DNA from: an uncultured bacterium
GTDB taxonomy: Bacteria; Patescibacteriota; Patescibacteriia; Patescibacteriales; UBA12465
NCBI GenBank assembly: GCA_938003925.1
Contig: CALKWQ010000054.1
Coordinates: 1 to 62,855, forward strand
Length of the DNA stretch: 62,855 nucleotides
Direction: 5' to 3'
The notes under the pieces are model-generated. The model was not told where the DNA came from. It saw nothing but the letters and a program-made list of their open reading frames with translations, and ran no database searches. Positions 8,757-17,982 of the stretch are shown here, piece by piece. The stretch's first letter is position 1; each line of letters opens with the position of its first letter. Both the position numbers and the translations under genes were made by a program.

Positions 8757-8820
8757 TTGACCGCTGGGGTTAGGTGGTGTATAATTAAATCATAAAGGTG
8801 AAAAGTGGGGAACAAAGGTG
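8757..8820 (+). promoter_or_regulatory. dcw/mraZ promoter with candidate MraZ boxes
   Basis: TTGACC (8757-8762), 17 nt, TATAAT (8780-8785). Downstream GGTG/GGGG/GGTG at 8797/8807/8817 recur with a 10-bp period like known MraZ operators. Confidence 0.65.
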
Positions 8821-8857
8821 AATATGATTGTTGACACTTTATCCACCGCCGATACTT

Positions 8858-9289
8858 ATGTTTATAGGCGAATACAATCACAACCTGGATGATAAGGGTA
8901 GGCTGGCTATTCCAGCCAAGTTTCGCGTCATTTTAAAGAAGGGTGCAGTTGTGACCAAGGGTTTGGATAACTGCCTGTTTTTGTATTCTAAAGAGCAGTT
9001 TGAAAAGATTGCACAGAAATTTGCCGCTCTGCCTATTAGTCAGGCCAAAGCCCGTGCTTTTTCTAGACACATGTTGGCCGGAGCTATGGATGTTGAATTC
9101 GATAATCAGGGCAGAATTACCTTGCCTGAATATTTACGGAAGTTTTCTGCTTTAAAAAAAGGTGTAATTATTGCTGGTTTGTATAATCATTTAGAAATTT
9201 GGGATGAAGGTGCCTGGAATAGCTATAAGCAGGCGGCTGAACAAAATAGTAATAGTATCGCTGAAGAATTAGGAGATTTAGGCATTTAA
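8858..9289 (+). CDS. mraZ: Transcriptional regulator MraZ
   Basis: MFIGEYNHNLDDKGRLAIPAKFR and DNQGRITLP duplicated AbrB-like motifs. Start moved to ATG 8858. Confidence 0.97.
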   Translation: MFIGEYNHNLDDKGRLAIPAKFRVILKKGAVVTKGLDNCLFLYSKEQFEKIAQKFAALPISQAKARAFSRHMLAGAMDVEFDNQGRITLPEYLRKFSALKKGVIIAGLYNHLEIWDEGAWNSYKQAAEQNSNSIAEELGDLGI

Positions 9290-9290
9290 T

Positions 9291-10232
9291 ATGTCTTATC
9301 ATCATATCCCCGTACTTTTGCCAGAAGTTCTTGAGACCTTAAATCCTCAACCCGGGCAGACTTATATAGATTGTACTTTGGGCGGCGCCGCCTATACTTT
9401 AGCTCTAGCCTCTGCGGTTGGTAAAACCGGCAAAGTGCTAGCAATCGATGCTGATGAGATGGCTATTGCCAATGCCCATGAGTTAATATCTGCCAAAAAA
9501 TTAAATAACATTGTTTTAGTTCATGATAATTTTAGGAATTTAGCCGCCATAGCCAGTGAGTACTTATCAACCCCACTTAACGGTATTGCTTTTGATCTTG
9601 GTTTATCTTCGGCTCAGTTGGCTGATGAAACACGCGGTTTCTCTTTTCAGGGTAACCGTCCACTGGACATGGCCTTTGGTGCTGGTAAATCAATTAGTAC
9701 CACAGCCTTGTTACGCACAGCTTCTTTGTCTGAGTTGACGGCTATCTTTAGGGATTTGGGTGAGGAACCACAAGCATATCGCTTAGCTAAAGAGCTGGTA
9801 TTAGCTCGGAAAACAAAACCTTTAAGTACCACCAAGGAATTAGTTGATATTATCCTTAAAATCACGCCCACGCGCTTTCAGACAAGCAAAATTCATCCCG
9901 CCACCCGCGCCTTTCAAGCTCTGCGCTTGGCTACTAATGACGAATTTGGTAGTTTAAATGCTGCTTTGTCGGCCGTGACCGAAATATTAACTGTGGGAGG
10001 CAGGGTTGCTATCGTTTCTTTTCATAGTGGTGAAGACAGAATAGTAAAGCGTTGGTTAAAAGAAGAAAGCACTGATTGTCTGTGTCCGCCCCAAGCCCCG
10101 GTTTGTGTCTGTGGCCATCTCGCTCGCTTAAGACCTTTGTTTAAAAAACCACTTTTATCTGGAAATCAGGAATTAAGTGTTAACCCTAGGGCTCGTAGCG
10201 CTAAACTGCGTGGAGCTGAAAAAATAAGATAA
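9291..10232 (+). CDS. rsmH: 16S rRNA m4C1402 methyltransferase
   Basis: HIPVLL, IDCTLGGAAY, DLGLSSAQL, RGFSF, HPATRAFQALR, SFHSGEDRIVK, NPRARSAKLR. Confidence 0.97.
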   Translation: MSYHHIPVLLPEVLETLNPQPGQTYIDCTLGGAAYTLALASAVGKTGKVLAIDADEMAIANAHELISAKKLNNIVLVHDNFRNLAAIASEYLSTPLNGIAFDLGLSSAQLADETRGFSFQGNRPLDMAFGAGKSISTTALLRTASLSELTAIFRDLGEEPQAYRLAKELVLARKTKPLSTTKELVDIILKITPTRFQTSKIHPATRAFQALRLATNDEFGSLNAALSAVTEILTVGGRVAIVSFHSGEDRIVKRWLKEESTDCLCPPQAPVCVCGHLARLRPLFKKPLLSGNQELSVNPRARSAKLRGAEKIR

Positions 10233-10286
10233 TTTTCAATTTTAAAATAAAGCAGTCGTGTGAACGACTTCTCCATTTATCTTAAT

Positions 10287-10622
10287 ATGATCATTCGTGC
10301 CAATCAACTTAAACAACGCCGTCAATCAGTTAGAGCAAAATTCCCTTGGCAAAAAATTAATGTCTTTTTGGGAATCGCCTGTCTAGCTTTGGGTGTAGTT
10401 TATTTGGTCACCATGAATGATTTAACAGTCAAAGGATTTGCTCTTAAAGATTTAAAGAGTCGCAGCAATCTGTTGGCGGAGGAGAGTCAAGACTTGCAAG
10501 CTAAAGTCCTAACTTTGCAATCATACACCGCCTTATCTCCTCGTCTGCAGGGTCTTAATATGGTTCAAGTGGAAGACGTCGCTTATTTTTCTCCCAAAAC
10601 ACCAGTTGTTGCCAAGAAATAA
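10287..10622 (+). CDS. ftsL: FtsL-like cell-division protein
   Basis: Short basic N-terminus, one TM and a coiled coil; lies between rsmH and the PBP gene. Start uncertain (10260 or 10287). Confidence 0.65.
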   Translation: MIIRANQLKQRRQSVRAKFPWQKINVFLGIACLALGVVYLVTMNDLTVKGFALKDLKSRSNLLAEESQDLQAKVLTLQSYTALSPRLQGLNMVQVEDVAYFSPKTPVVAKK

Positions 10623-10638
10623 TTTTTTCTGGAAATAT

Positions 10639-12714
10639 ATGTTAAGGGATTATCGGCAACAAAAAACGGTAACCAATAATATTAGTCCGCGTTTGCGCCT
10701 CTTTGCGGCGCTTATTTTTTTATTGTTAGGAGCAGTGATTTATCGTCTCTACTTTTTGCAAATAGCCCAAGGTGACTGGTATGGTGTGTTGGCTTCCAAT
10801 CAACATCAAATTTCTAGTCGCCTACAACCAGAGAGGGGTAAGATTATGTTGCACGAGAAGCTTAACGGGCAGGATCAGCTCTATCCTTTAGCGACTAATA
10901 AGGATTTTTCTTTCTTATACGCTGTACCTAAAGACATTAAAGAACCTAGAGTGATAGCGGAAAAACTGTTCACTTTTTTTGACCGACCACAATTAGAGGC
11001 GCAAGTGCGAGCCGAATTAGAACGACAAGACGAAGCGGCCTTACGCTCTGAGGTGGCAGCTATTAATGAGTCAGATTATAGCGAGGAAGATAAAATAGCG
11101 CGGTCAAAAGCAGCACAAGCTTTGGCTGCCGAGAAAAAAACTAGAACCGAGTGGCAAGAAATTAAAGAAATAGCCCTAGATCGTTTATTGCAGTCCAGGC
11201 AAGAAGAGATAGTTCAGACTTATTTAAAAAAATTAGACAAGCCGGGTGATCCTTATGAGCCAATCATGGATAAGATGTCCGATGGTGACCTGGTTTCACT
11301 GTATGCCTTGTTGGCTAGCACCCCAGATCAAATGATTGCTAGTACCGATTTAGAGAGACGTTTGGATAAGGTGGTTTTTAAAAATAGTGGGGAAGAGCTG
11401 AAAATTGAAGGCATAGCTTTTAATTTAAAGAGCTATCGTTTTTACCCAGAGAATAATACAGCCGCCAATATTGTCGGTTTTGTTAGCTATGTTGATGATG
11501 AGGGGTATGGTCGTTATGGCTTAGAGGAGTTTTTTAATGAAGAATTAGCAGGTAAAGCCGGCTATCTTAAAGGTGAGCGTGGAGTTAGTAATACCATTAT
11601 TGTTAACGATCGTGAATATGTGAAGCCTGAGGCTGGTAGTGATTTGATTTTAACCATGGATCGTAGCGCTCAATTTCAAGCTTGTGCGGCTTTGGAGGCA
11701 GCGGTAGCAGCCCATAATGCTGAAGGAGGCAGCGTTATTGCTGTTAATGCCAATACGGGAGCAATTTTAGCCATGTGCTCTGTTCCTAGTTTTAACCCTA
11801 ACAATTATCGAGAAGTTAAAGATCTTAAGACCTATAATAACCCTGCTATTTTATATCAGTATGAGCCTGGCTCAGTCTTTAAGGTAATAACAATGGCTGC
11901 AGCTATTGATCAAGGCAAGGTTAGTCCTAGCACCACTTATCAAGATGAGGGGCAAATTATGATTACGGGCTGGCCCAAGGCTATTAGTAATTCCGATTTT
12001 AGTACTAAGGGTGCTCACGGCATTGTAGACATGAACGCGGTATTAGAAAATTCTCTTAACACTGGCGCCATTTTTGCTATGCGGCAAATTGGTCCCAAGG
12101 TGTTTTCTGACTACGTGAAGAGTTTTGGTTTTGGGGAAAAAACGGGCATAGAGTTGGGCTCGGAGAGTAAGGGTAATATTGATAATCTGTTAAAGAATAA
12201 GGTGAGAGAAATAGATGCTGCTACCGCTTCTTTCGGTCAAGGCATTGCAGTCACACCTTTACAGATGGTGATGTCTTATCAGGCTTTAGCCAATCAAGGA
12301 GTCCTAATGCAGCCTTATATTGTGCAGGAAATTAGACACAGTAATGGTAGCGTAGATGAGCTAAAGCCCAAGTCAGTTCGTCAAGTAGTATCCGAACAAA
12401 CAGCCAATACCATTTTGGCCATGATGGTAAATGTGGTTGAGAGCGGTCACGCTAAGGGCGCCCAGATACCTGGTTATTATATTGGCGGTAAGACCGGTAC
12501 CGCCCAAGTTGCAACTGCTGGCGGTTATAGCGAGGATAAATACATTCATACTTTTATTGGCGTGGTGCCAATTGACAATCCGCAGATAGTGATGTTGACT
12601 AAGATTGACGCCCCTCAGGGCGCTCGTTATGCCGAGAGTACTGCCGTGCCTCTATGGCATGATGTTGCGGATTTTTTATTGAAATATTACCAAATTCCTA
12701 AAACTAGGCAGTAA
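10639..12714 (+). CDS. ftsI: Class B penicillin-binding protein (FtsI-like) with a helical insertion
   Basis: N-terminal TM, RGKI and RFYPE pedestal motifs, SxxK (EPGSVFK), SxN (SLN), KTGT; dcw context. Confidence 0.88.
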   Translation: MLRDYRQQKTVTNNISPRLRLFAALIFLLLGAVIYRLYFLQIAQGDWYGVLASNQHQISSRLQPERGKIMLHEKLNGQDQLYPLATNKDFSFLYAVPKDIKEPRVIAEKLFTFFDRPQLEAQVRAELERQDEAALRSEVAAINESDYSEEDKIARSKAAQALAAEKKTRTEWQEIKEIALDRLLQSRQEEIVQTYLKKLDKPGDPYEPIMDKMSDGDLVSLYALLASTPDQMIASTDLERRLDKVVFKNSGEELKIEGIAFNLKSYRFYPENNTAANIVGFVSYVDDEGYGRYGLEEFFNEELAGKAGYLKGERGVSNTIIVNDREYVKPEAGSDLILTMDRSAQFQACAALEAAVAAHNAEGGSVIAVNANTGAILAMCSVPSFNPNNYREVKDLKTYNNPAILYQYEPGSVFKVITMAAAIDQGKVSPSTTYQDEGQIMITGWPKAISNSDFSTKGAHGIVDMNAVLENSLNTGAIFAMRQIGPKVFSDYVKSFGFGEKTGIELGSESKGNIDNLLKNKVREIDAATASFGQGIAVTPLQMVMSYQALANQGVLMQPYIVQEIRHSNGSVDELKPKSVRQVVSEQTANTILAMMVNVVESGHAKGAQIPGYYIGGKTGTAQVATAGGYSEDKYIHTFIGVVPIDNPQIVMLTKIDAPQGARYAESTAVPLWHDVADFLLKYYQIPKTRQ

Positions 12715-12733
12715 TTACTATTTTTCTTAACAT

Positions 12734-14023
12734 ATGCGCCGACTCCTACAACTTCAACTTAAATATCTCAGTCGTCTCGTTTTAAAGAAGTATCAGCCCG
12801 AGATTATTGCGATTAGCGGCTCTATCGGCAAAACTAGTGCCAAAGAGGCTATTTATACAGTTTTATCTTCACGTTTATCCGTGCGCACAAGTATAAAAAA
12901 TTACAATAATGAAATTGGGGTGCCTCTGACCATTATCGGAGCGGAGTCTCCAGGATCTTCTCTTTGGGGGTGGCTTCAGGTGTTTGTCCGAGCTTTAAGT
13001 CTTTGTCTGTGGCGAGATAACACTTATCCCCGTTTTCTAATTCTGGAAATGGGCATTGATCGTCCAGGGGACATGGCTTATTTAACTAGTTTAGCACCAC
13101 CAACAGTGGGCGTGATGACGGCGGTGAGCTATTCTCATTTGGAATATTTTGGCAGCCTGCAAAACATTAGGAAAGAGAAGCAGGTTTTAATTGAAAAAGT
13201 TAATCGTAAGGGGATCAGTATTTTAAATTATGATAGTGAAAATGCTCGGGCGATGGCTGAAGTCAGTCCGGCTAGAGTTATGACTTATGGCTTGAACGAA
13301 GGGGCTGATTTGATGGCTCAAGATGTGCATTACCAATTTAAACGCGGGGATTATGATTTAGCCGGTGTTAATTTTAAATTAAGTTATGAGGGGAGCATTG
13401 TGCCCATGAGTCTGCCTAATATTTTGGGTGAAGGCGGTGTTTATGCCGCCTTAGCTGCTGTAGCTGTTGCTTTGCATTTCGGCTTTAATTTAATGGAAAT
13501 AGCTGAAATCTTACGCCCTTTTCGTCTGCCTGCTGGTCGCATGCAGTTATTGCCAGGCATCAAACATTCTTTTTTAATTGATGATAGCTATAATTCTTCT
13601 CCAGAAGCTTGTTTATCAGCGATTAAAGTGTTGGGATCTATTAAAACTGACGAGAACTCTAGTAAATACGCGGCTTTGGGAGACATGTTAGAAATAGGGG
13701 CTTACAGTGAAGAGGGCCATAAATCCGTCGGTCGCGCCGTCTTTAACCAAGGCATAGATTATTTGATTACTGTTGGCGAGAGATCGCGCGATATTGATCG
13801 AGGAGCTCAAGAGGTGGGCATGAGTTTGGATTATATTTTTCATTTTGATCGGCCGGATGTAGCAGGAAAGTTTATCCAGGAACGCTTGAGGGAAGGTGAT
13901 ATCGTTTTAATTAAAGGTTCTCAGGGAGCACGTATGGAAAAAATTAGTAAAGAGTTGTTGGCCGAACCAGAAAAGGCACCTGAGCTATTAGTACGACAAG
14001 GAGGAAAGTGGCAAGATGTCTAA
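12734..14023 (+). CDS. murF: UDP-MurNAc-tripeptide--D-Ala-D-Ala ligase
   Basis: ISGSIGKTSAKE, NYNNEIGVPLTI, LEMGIDRPGDM, IDDSYNSSP, LGDMLEIG, LIKGSQGARME. Confidence 0.9.
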   Translation: MRRLLQLQLKYLSRLVLKKYQPEIIAISGSIGKTSAKEAIYTVLSSRLSVRTSIKNYNNEIGVPLTIIGAESPGSSLWGWLQVFVRALSLCLWRDNTYPRFLILEMGIDRPGDMAYLTSLAPPTVGVMTAVSYSHLEYFGSLQNIRKEKQVLIEKVNRKGISILNYDSENARAMAEVSPARVMTYGLNEGADLMAQDVHYQFKRGDYDLAGVNFKLSYEGSIVPMSLPNILGEGGVYAALAAVAVALHFGFNLMEIAEILRPFRLPAGRMQLLPGIKHSFLIDDSYNSSPEACLSAIKVLGSIKTDENSSKYAALGDMLEIGAYSEEGHKSVGRAVFNQGIDYLITVGERSRDIDRGAQEVGMSLDYIFHFDRPDVAGKFIQERLREGDIVLIKGSQGARMEKISKELLAEPEKAPELLVRQGGKWQDV

Positions 14024-14042
14024 ATGTCATCATTAGCTGCTT

Positions 14043-14065
14043 AAAGCGCCGTGCAGGCGCTTTTT
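14043..14065 (+). terminator. Intrinsic terminator after murF
   Basis: AAAGCGCC-GTGCA-GGCGCTTTTT. Confidence 0.75.
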
Positions 14066-14101
14066 GCTTGATTTTTCGTGATATTAGGTTATACTCAAGT
14101 T

Positions 14102-14977
14102 ATGTCTATTTTGATTTTAGGTGCCGCTGGTAATCTGGGTGGACAACTAAGGTTAGCTTTTGCTGATCAAAAACCGGTCTCTTGGGATCGTGTAGATTTT
14201 GATTTTCTTGACTTCAGCGAACTGCGTCAACGCCTGCAAGCTTTACGACCGACTATTATTATTAATGCAGCCGCTTATAACGCAGTTGACAGGTGTGAGC
14301 AAGAAAAAGACGAGGCAACTCTGGCCTGGAGTTTAAACCGAGATTTGCCGGAGGCTTTAGCTGACTATTGTTTATACTCCAATGCCTTATTGATTCATTA
14401 TTCTACTGACTATGTTTTTGGCGGCGATCAACGTTTGTCTGGGGCTTACAAGGAAATTGATCATCCTTCGCCCTTGAATGTCTATGGCCAAAGTAAATAT
14501 GGCGGTGAACAAGCTTTAGCTAGAAAAGCTCTTAAGGGCCTAAATTATTATTTGATTCGCACTTCTAAGTTGTTTGGACCACCAGGAGAAAATCCTCAGG
14601 CCAAGCCCAGTTTTTTTGATATCATGTTATCCCTAGCTGCTAAAGGGGGGAATATCAAGGCCATTGACGGCGAAATGAGCTGTTTTACTTATACTCCAGA
14701 TTTGGCGCTAGCAACTCGGCAGCTCTGTGAAGAGCAAGCGGCGCGTGGTATTTACCACCTAGTTAATAGCGGACAGGCAACCTGGTATCAAGGAGCTCAA
14801 TACTTGTTTCAGCTCGCTGGTATAGAAGCTGACTTGCAAGCAATTACTCCAGCTGAATGGCCACGTCCTGCTGTTAGGCCGGCATTTTCTGTTTTAGCCA
14901 ATTATCGTCGACGACCTTTGCGTTCCTGGCAAGAAGCTTTAGCTGATTATTTAGTTATTCTTAAAAATAAGGCTTAA
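14102..14977 (+). CDS. rmlD: dTDP-4-dehydrorhamnose reductase
   Basis: GAAGNLG, INAAAYNAVD, HYSTDYVF, PLNVYGQSK, PAVRPAFSVL. Start moved to ATG 14102. Confidence 0.93.
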   Translation: MSILILGAAGNLGGQLRLAFADQKPVSWDRVDFDFLDFSELRQRLQALRPTIIINAAAYNAVDRCEQEKDEATLAWSLNRDLPEALADYCLYSNALLIHYSTDYVFGGDQRLSGAYKEIDHPSPLNVYGQSKYGGEQALARKALKGLNYYLIRTSKLFGPPGENPQAKPSFFDIMLSLAAKGGNIKAIDGEMSCFTYTPDLALATRQLCEEQAARGIYHLVNSGQATWYQGAQYLFQLAGIEADLQAITPAEWPRPAVRPAFSVLANYRRRPLRSWQEALADYLVILKNKA

Positions 14978-14997
14978 TTTTTTTAATATAAAATAAT

Positions 14998-15723
14998 ATG
15001 CGTGGCATTATTCTTTCCGGTGGTAGCGGTACTCGTTTGCGCCCTCTAACTAAAATTACCAGTAAACAATTACTCCCCATCTATAATCGACCGATGATTT
15101 ATTATCCTTTGAACACCCTCATTCAAGCTGGTATTAAAGAGATTTTAATCATTGTTTCTCCGGAGAGAGCGGGAGATTATCTTAATCTATTAGGAAGTGG
15201 TAGGGAATTTGGTGTGAAATTTACTTACGAAATCCAAGATAAGCCGGAAGGTTTAGCCCAGGCTTTTATTATTGGTGAAAAGTTTATTCAAGGAGAAAGC
15301 GTGGCTATGATTTTGGGAGATAATATTTTTGAGGATGATTTCGCTCAAGATATTGCTAGCTTTGAGAGTGGTGCTAAAGTCTTCGCTAAGCATGTGCCTG
15401 ACCCAGAGCGTTTCGGAGTGGTTAGGTTTAATGAGGCTATGAAGGCAGAGAAGATTATAGAAAAGCCACAGGAGTATTTAAGTAATTACGCCGTGACCGG
15501 ACTTTATGTTTACGATCATCGTGTGGTCGAAGTAGCCAAGAACCTCAAGCCTAGCCCGCGAGGAGAGCTAGAGATTACAGATGTTAACAACTGGTATCTA
15601 GATAAGGATGAATTGACGGTTGCGATGGTTAAAGGCGAATGGCTAGATGCTGGCACTTTTGATAGCTTGTTACGCGCTCAAGTATTTGCCAAGGAAAAAT
15701 TGGATAAGAAGATGATAATATAA
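14998..15723 (+). CDS. rmlA: Glucose-1-phosphate thymidylyltransferase (short form)
   Basis: [57 protein letters not shown]. Confidence 0.93.
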   Translation: MRGIILSGGSGTRLRPLTKITSKQLLPIYNRPMIYYPLNTLIQAGIKEILIIVSPERAGDYLNLLGSGREFGVKFTYEIQDKPEGLAQAFIIGEKFIQGESVAMILGDNIFEDDFAQDIASFESGAKVFAKHVPDPERFGVVRFNEAMKAEKIIEKPQEYLSNYAVTGLYVYDHRVVEVAKNLKPSPRGELEITDVNNWYLDKDELTVAMVKGEWLDAGTFDSLLRAQVFAKEKLDKKMII

Positions 15724-15779
15724 GGCTTAGCTTTTTTCTAGTTAATCCATTGTTTTTACTATTAATTTTTTTGCCAGAC

Positions 15780-16736
15780 ATGAAACTAGTAGTTGCTTTT
15801 CTTTGTTACAATCAGAGTTCGGCTCCATACTTACCTGAATTTTTAGATAGTTTAGAAATCTCTCTTTCCAAGGTGAAGGCTGAGATTTTAGTGTTGGCTG
15901 GTGATAACAGCGATCAAGCACCTTATACTAATAATTTGCTCATAGATCAGTACAATCGTCGGGCGAGTTTTCCTGTGAGGCTATTATCGTTTGCTAGCAA
16001 TTTAGGTTTCGCGGTTGCCTATAATAATTTAATTGCCGTAGCTCATCAAGAAGGGGCTGATTATTTTTTGATGCTTAACCCAGATATGTTGGTGGGGGAG
16101 GAGATGGTTAAAGAGCTGGTATCAGCTTTAAGTATTAACAAAGAGTTAGCGGTTGTTTGTCCAAAGATTTACCGTTGGGATTTTGCTAATAGAATTAAAA
16201 CTAATATATTAGATTCTTGCGGCATTATCATGCGTCCAGGTTTACGTTTTTCCGATTTAGGGCAGGGTGAACTGGATCGAGGACAATATGACCGGGCTAA
16301 TATTTTGGGCCCTTCTGGCGCCGCCGCTTGCTTCCGTTTGGATGCCCTGCGTACCATTAAAGAAGACGACGGTTATTTTGACGCTAATTTTTTTATGTAC
16401 AAGGAGGATTGTGATCTCGCCTACCGTTTTTACCGGGCCGGCCTAAAGTCATGTTTAGTGCCGCAAGCGACGGCGTATCATGATCGTAGCGCTGCTTCTA
16501 AGGGGGGGCTAGTCAGTACTTGGCTTGATTGGCGTCGTCGCAACCCCTTGACGCGCTCTTGGTCTTTTGTTAATCAGCATCGTTTATTTATAAAACATTG
16601 GTCACGGGAAGGGCTAAAATCACGCTTTTTAATTGTTGTTCAGGTTGTCTTTTTGGGGATATTTTCTTTAATATTAGCCCATTTTCTCCTAAAAAGCTAC
16701 GCCCAGATTTGGCGTATTTATCGTGGTCTTGACTAA
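15780..16736 (+). CDS. Family 2 glycosyltransferase
   Basis: SNLGFAVAYN, MLNPD, GPSGAAACFR, FFMYKEDCDLAYR, AYH and C-terminal TM. Start moved to ATG 15780. Confidence 0.88.
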   Translation: MKLVVAFLCYNQSSAPYLPEFLDSLEISLSKVKAEILVLAGDNSDQAPYTNNLLIDQYNRRASFPVRLLSFASNLGFAVAYNNLIAVAHQEGADYFLMLNPDMLVGEEMVKELVSALSINKELAVVCPKIYRWDFANRIKTNILDSCGIIMRPGLRFSDLGQGELDRGQYDRANILGPSGAAACFRLDALRTIKEDDGYFDANFFMYKEDCDLAYRFYRAGLKSCLVPQATAYHDRSAASKGGLVSTWLDWRRRNPLTRSWSFVNQHRLFIKHWSREGLKSRFLIVVQVVFLGIFSLILAHFLLKSYAQIWRIYRGLD

Positions 16737-16808
16737 TATAAATTATTATGATAGATTGAGTCTATATTAAAAATATTAAAGTTATAGCCCGGCTATACCT
16801 CTGTTTAT

Positions 16809-17852
16809 ATGGAAAACTTGCTTGATAGCATCGTGCGCGAGAAACGCAGTGAAGAATTAGCGAAGTTAAACGCCATTCATATCGTTAATGGTCTTTTTTC
16901 TGATTTAATGGATCGTGAACGCGATATTCTGACCCGTCGCTTTGGATTAAATGGGGACAAGAATGAAACTTTGGAAAAAATTGGTCAACTGCATAAGTTG
17001 ACTAGAGAGCGTGTGCGTCAGATTGAAAATGCCAGCATTAAGAAGATTAAACGCTTGGATAATTTGGGTGAATATTTAGCTACCTTAAAGGGCGTAGTGG
17101 GTGATTTATTGAAAGAACATGGAGGTCTATTACGTCGCGATTTTTTGTTGGACATCTTAACCGTCATGAGTTTAGAAATGAGCAACGAATCAGACATTAA
17201 TAGTGCTGAATATGAGAAAAACCGTCAGGTTTACAAGAATCGTTTCGATTTTTTGTTATCCAAGCTATTAGGCGATGATTTTGATATTTTGCCGGATTCT
17301 GCTAAATTCAATGCCGCCATTAAGTTAAAAGACGAATCTCTTGATCATTTTGAGACCTTGTCTCAAGATATGATGGCTAAAATTGAATCTCTAAATAAGA
17401 CCTTAGACACTGATGAGTTGTTGTCTATGCTTAAGCAGCTAGACGCTTATCAGACTTTTCAAGACCGTCTAGTTAAAGATGATAGCACTGATATTACCCC
17501 TGTGTTTAAAAGCAAAGTTTTTCCAGATAAAGCTGAGGTTATAAATAGCAATAAAACCCTATATTCTTTTCTGCAGGCAGTTAAAGACCTGGAACAAAAT
17601 AAATTTGGTAACTGGGGCAAAGCTGATTGGCAGGAAATTAAGCCCAAGACCATTAATGATAAGATTTACTTAGTGTTAAAAAACTCCGGCCAACCTTTGC
17701 ACTTTACTGAAATCGCTGCCAAGATTAATGAGGTCAAATTTGATCACAAAAATGCTAATCCGGCCACAGTTCATAATGAGTTAATTCTTGACGAGCGTTA
17801 TGTTTTGACTGGCAGGGGCATGTATGGTTTGAGGGAGTGGCAGCTGGCTTAA
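16809..17852 (+). CDS. Sigma70 region-4-like HTH fused to a C-terminal HARE-HTH (RNAP delta-like) domain
   Basis: RERDILTRRFGL..ETLEKIG...LTRERVRQIE at the N-terminus; GQPLHFTEIA...ATVHNELILDERYVLTGRGMYGLREW at the C-terminus. No sigma region 2. Confidence 0.75.
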   Translation: MENLLDSIVREKRSEELAKLNAIHIVNGLFSDLMDRERDILTRRFGLNGDKNETLEKIGQLHKLTRERVRQIENASIKKIKRLDNLGEYLATLKGVVGDLLKEHGGLLRRDFLLDILTVMSLEMSNESDINSAEYEKNRQVYKNRFDFLLSKLLGDDFDILPDSAKFNAAIKLKDESLDHFETLSQDMMAKIESLNKTLDTDELLSMLKQLDAYQTFQDRLVKDDSTDITPVFKSKVFPDKAEVINSNKTLYSFLQAVKDLEQNKFGNWGKADWQEIKPKTINDKIYLVLKNSGQPLHFTEIAAKINEVKFDHKNANPATVHNELILDERYVLTGRGMYGLREWQLA

Positions 17853-17880
17853 ATCCACAATTTTACTTAATTAGACTCTA

Positions 17881-17910
17881 GCCGTCGCGTTTTACGCGGC
17901 GGTTTTTGTT
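17881..17910 (+). terminator. Intrinsic terminator after the sigma4/HARE-HTH gene
   Basis: GCCGTCGCGT-TTT-ACGCGGCGGT followed by TTTTGTT. Confidence 0.7.
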
Positions 17911-17982
17911 TTCTTAAATTTATGCTAAAATATGTAGGTAAAGTCTGATATCTTTGTGATTATCAGCTCTTATCATTTTGTT

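Noticed and set aside
8536-8760. 74-aa ORF as a frameshifted continuation of tsaB
   Set aside because: No similarity to the TsaB C-terminal lobe; it runs through a terminator-like hairpin and T-rich intergenic DNA.
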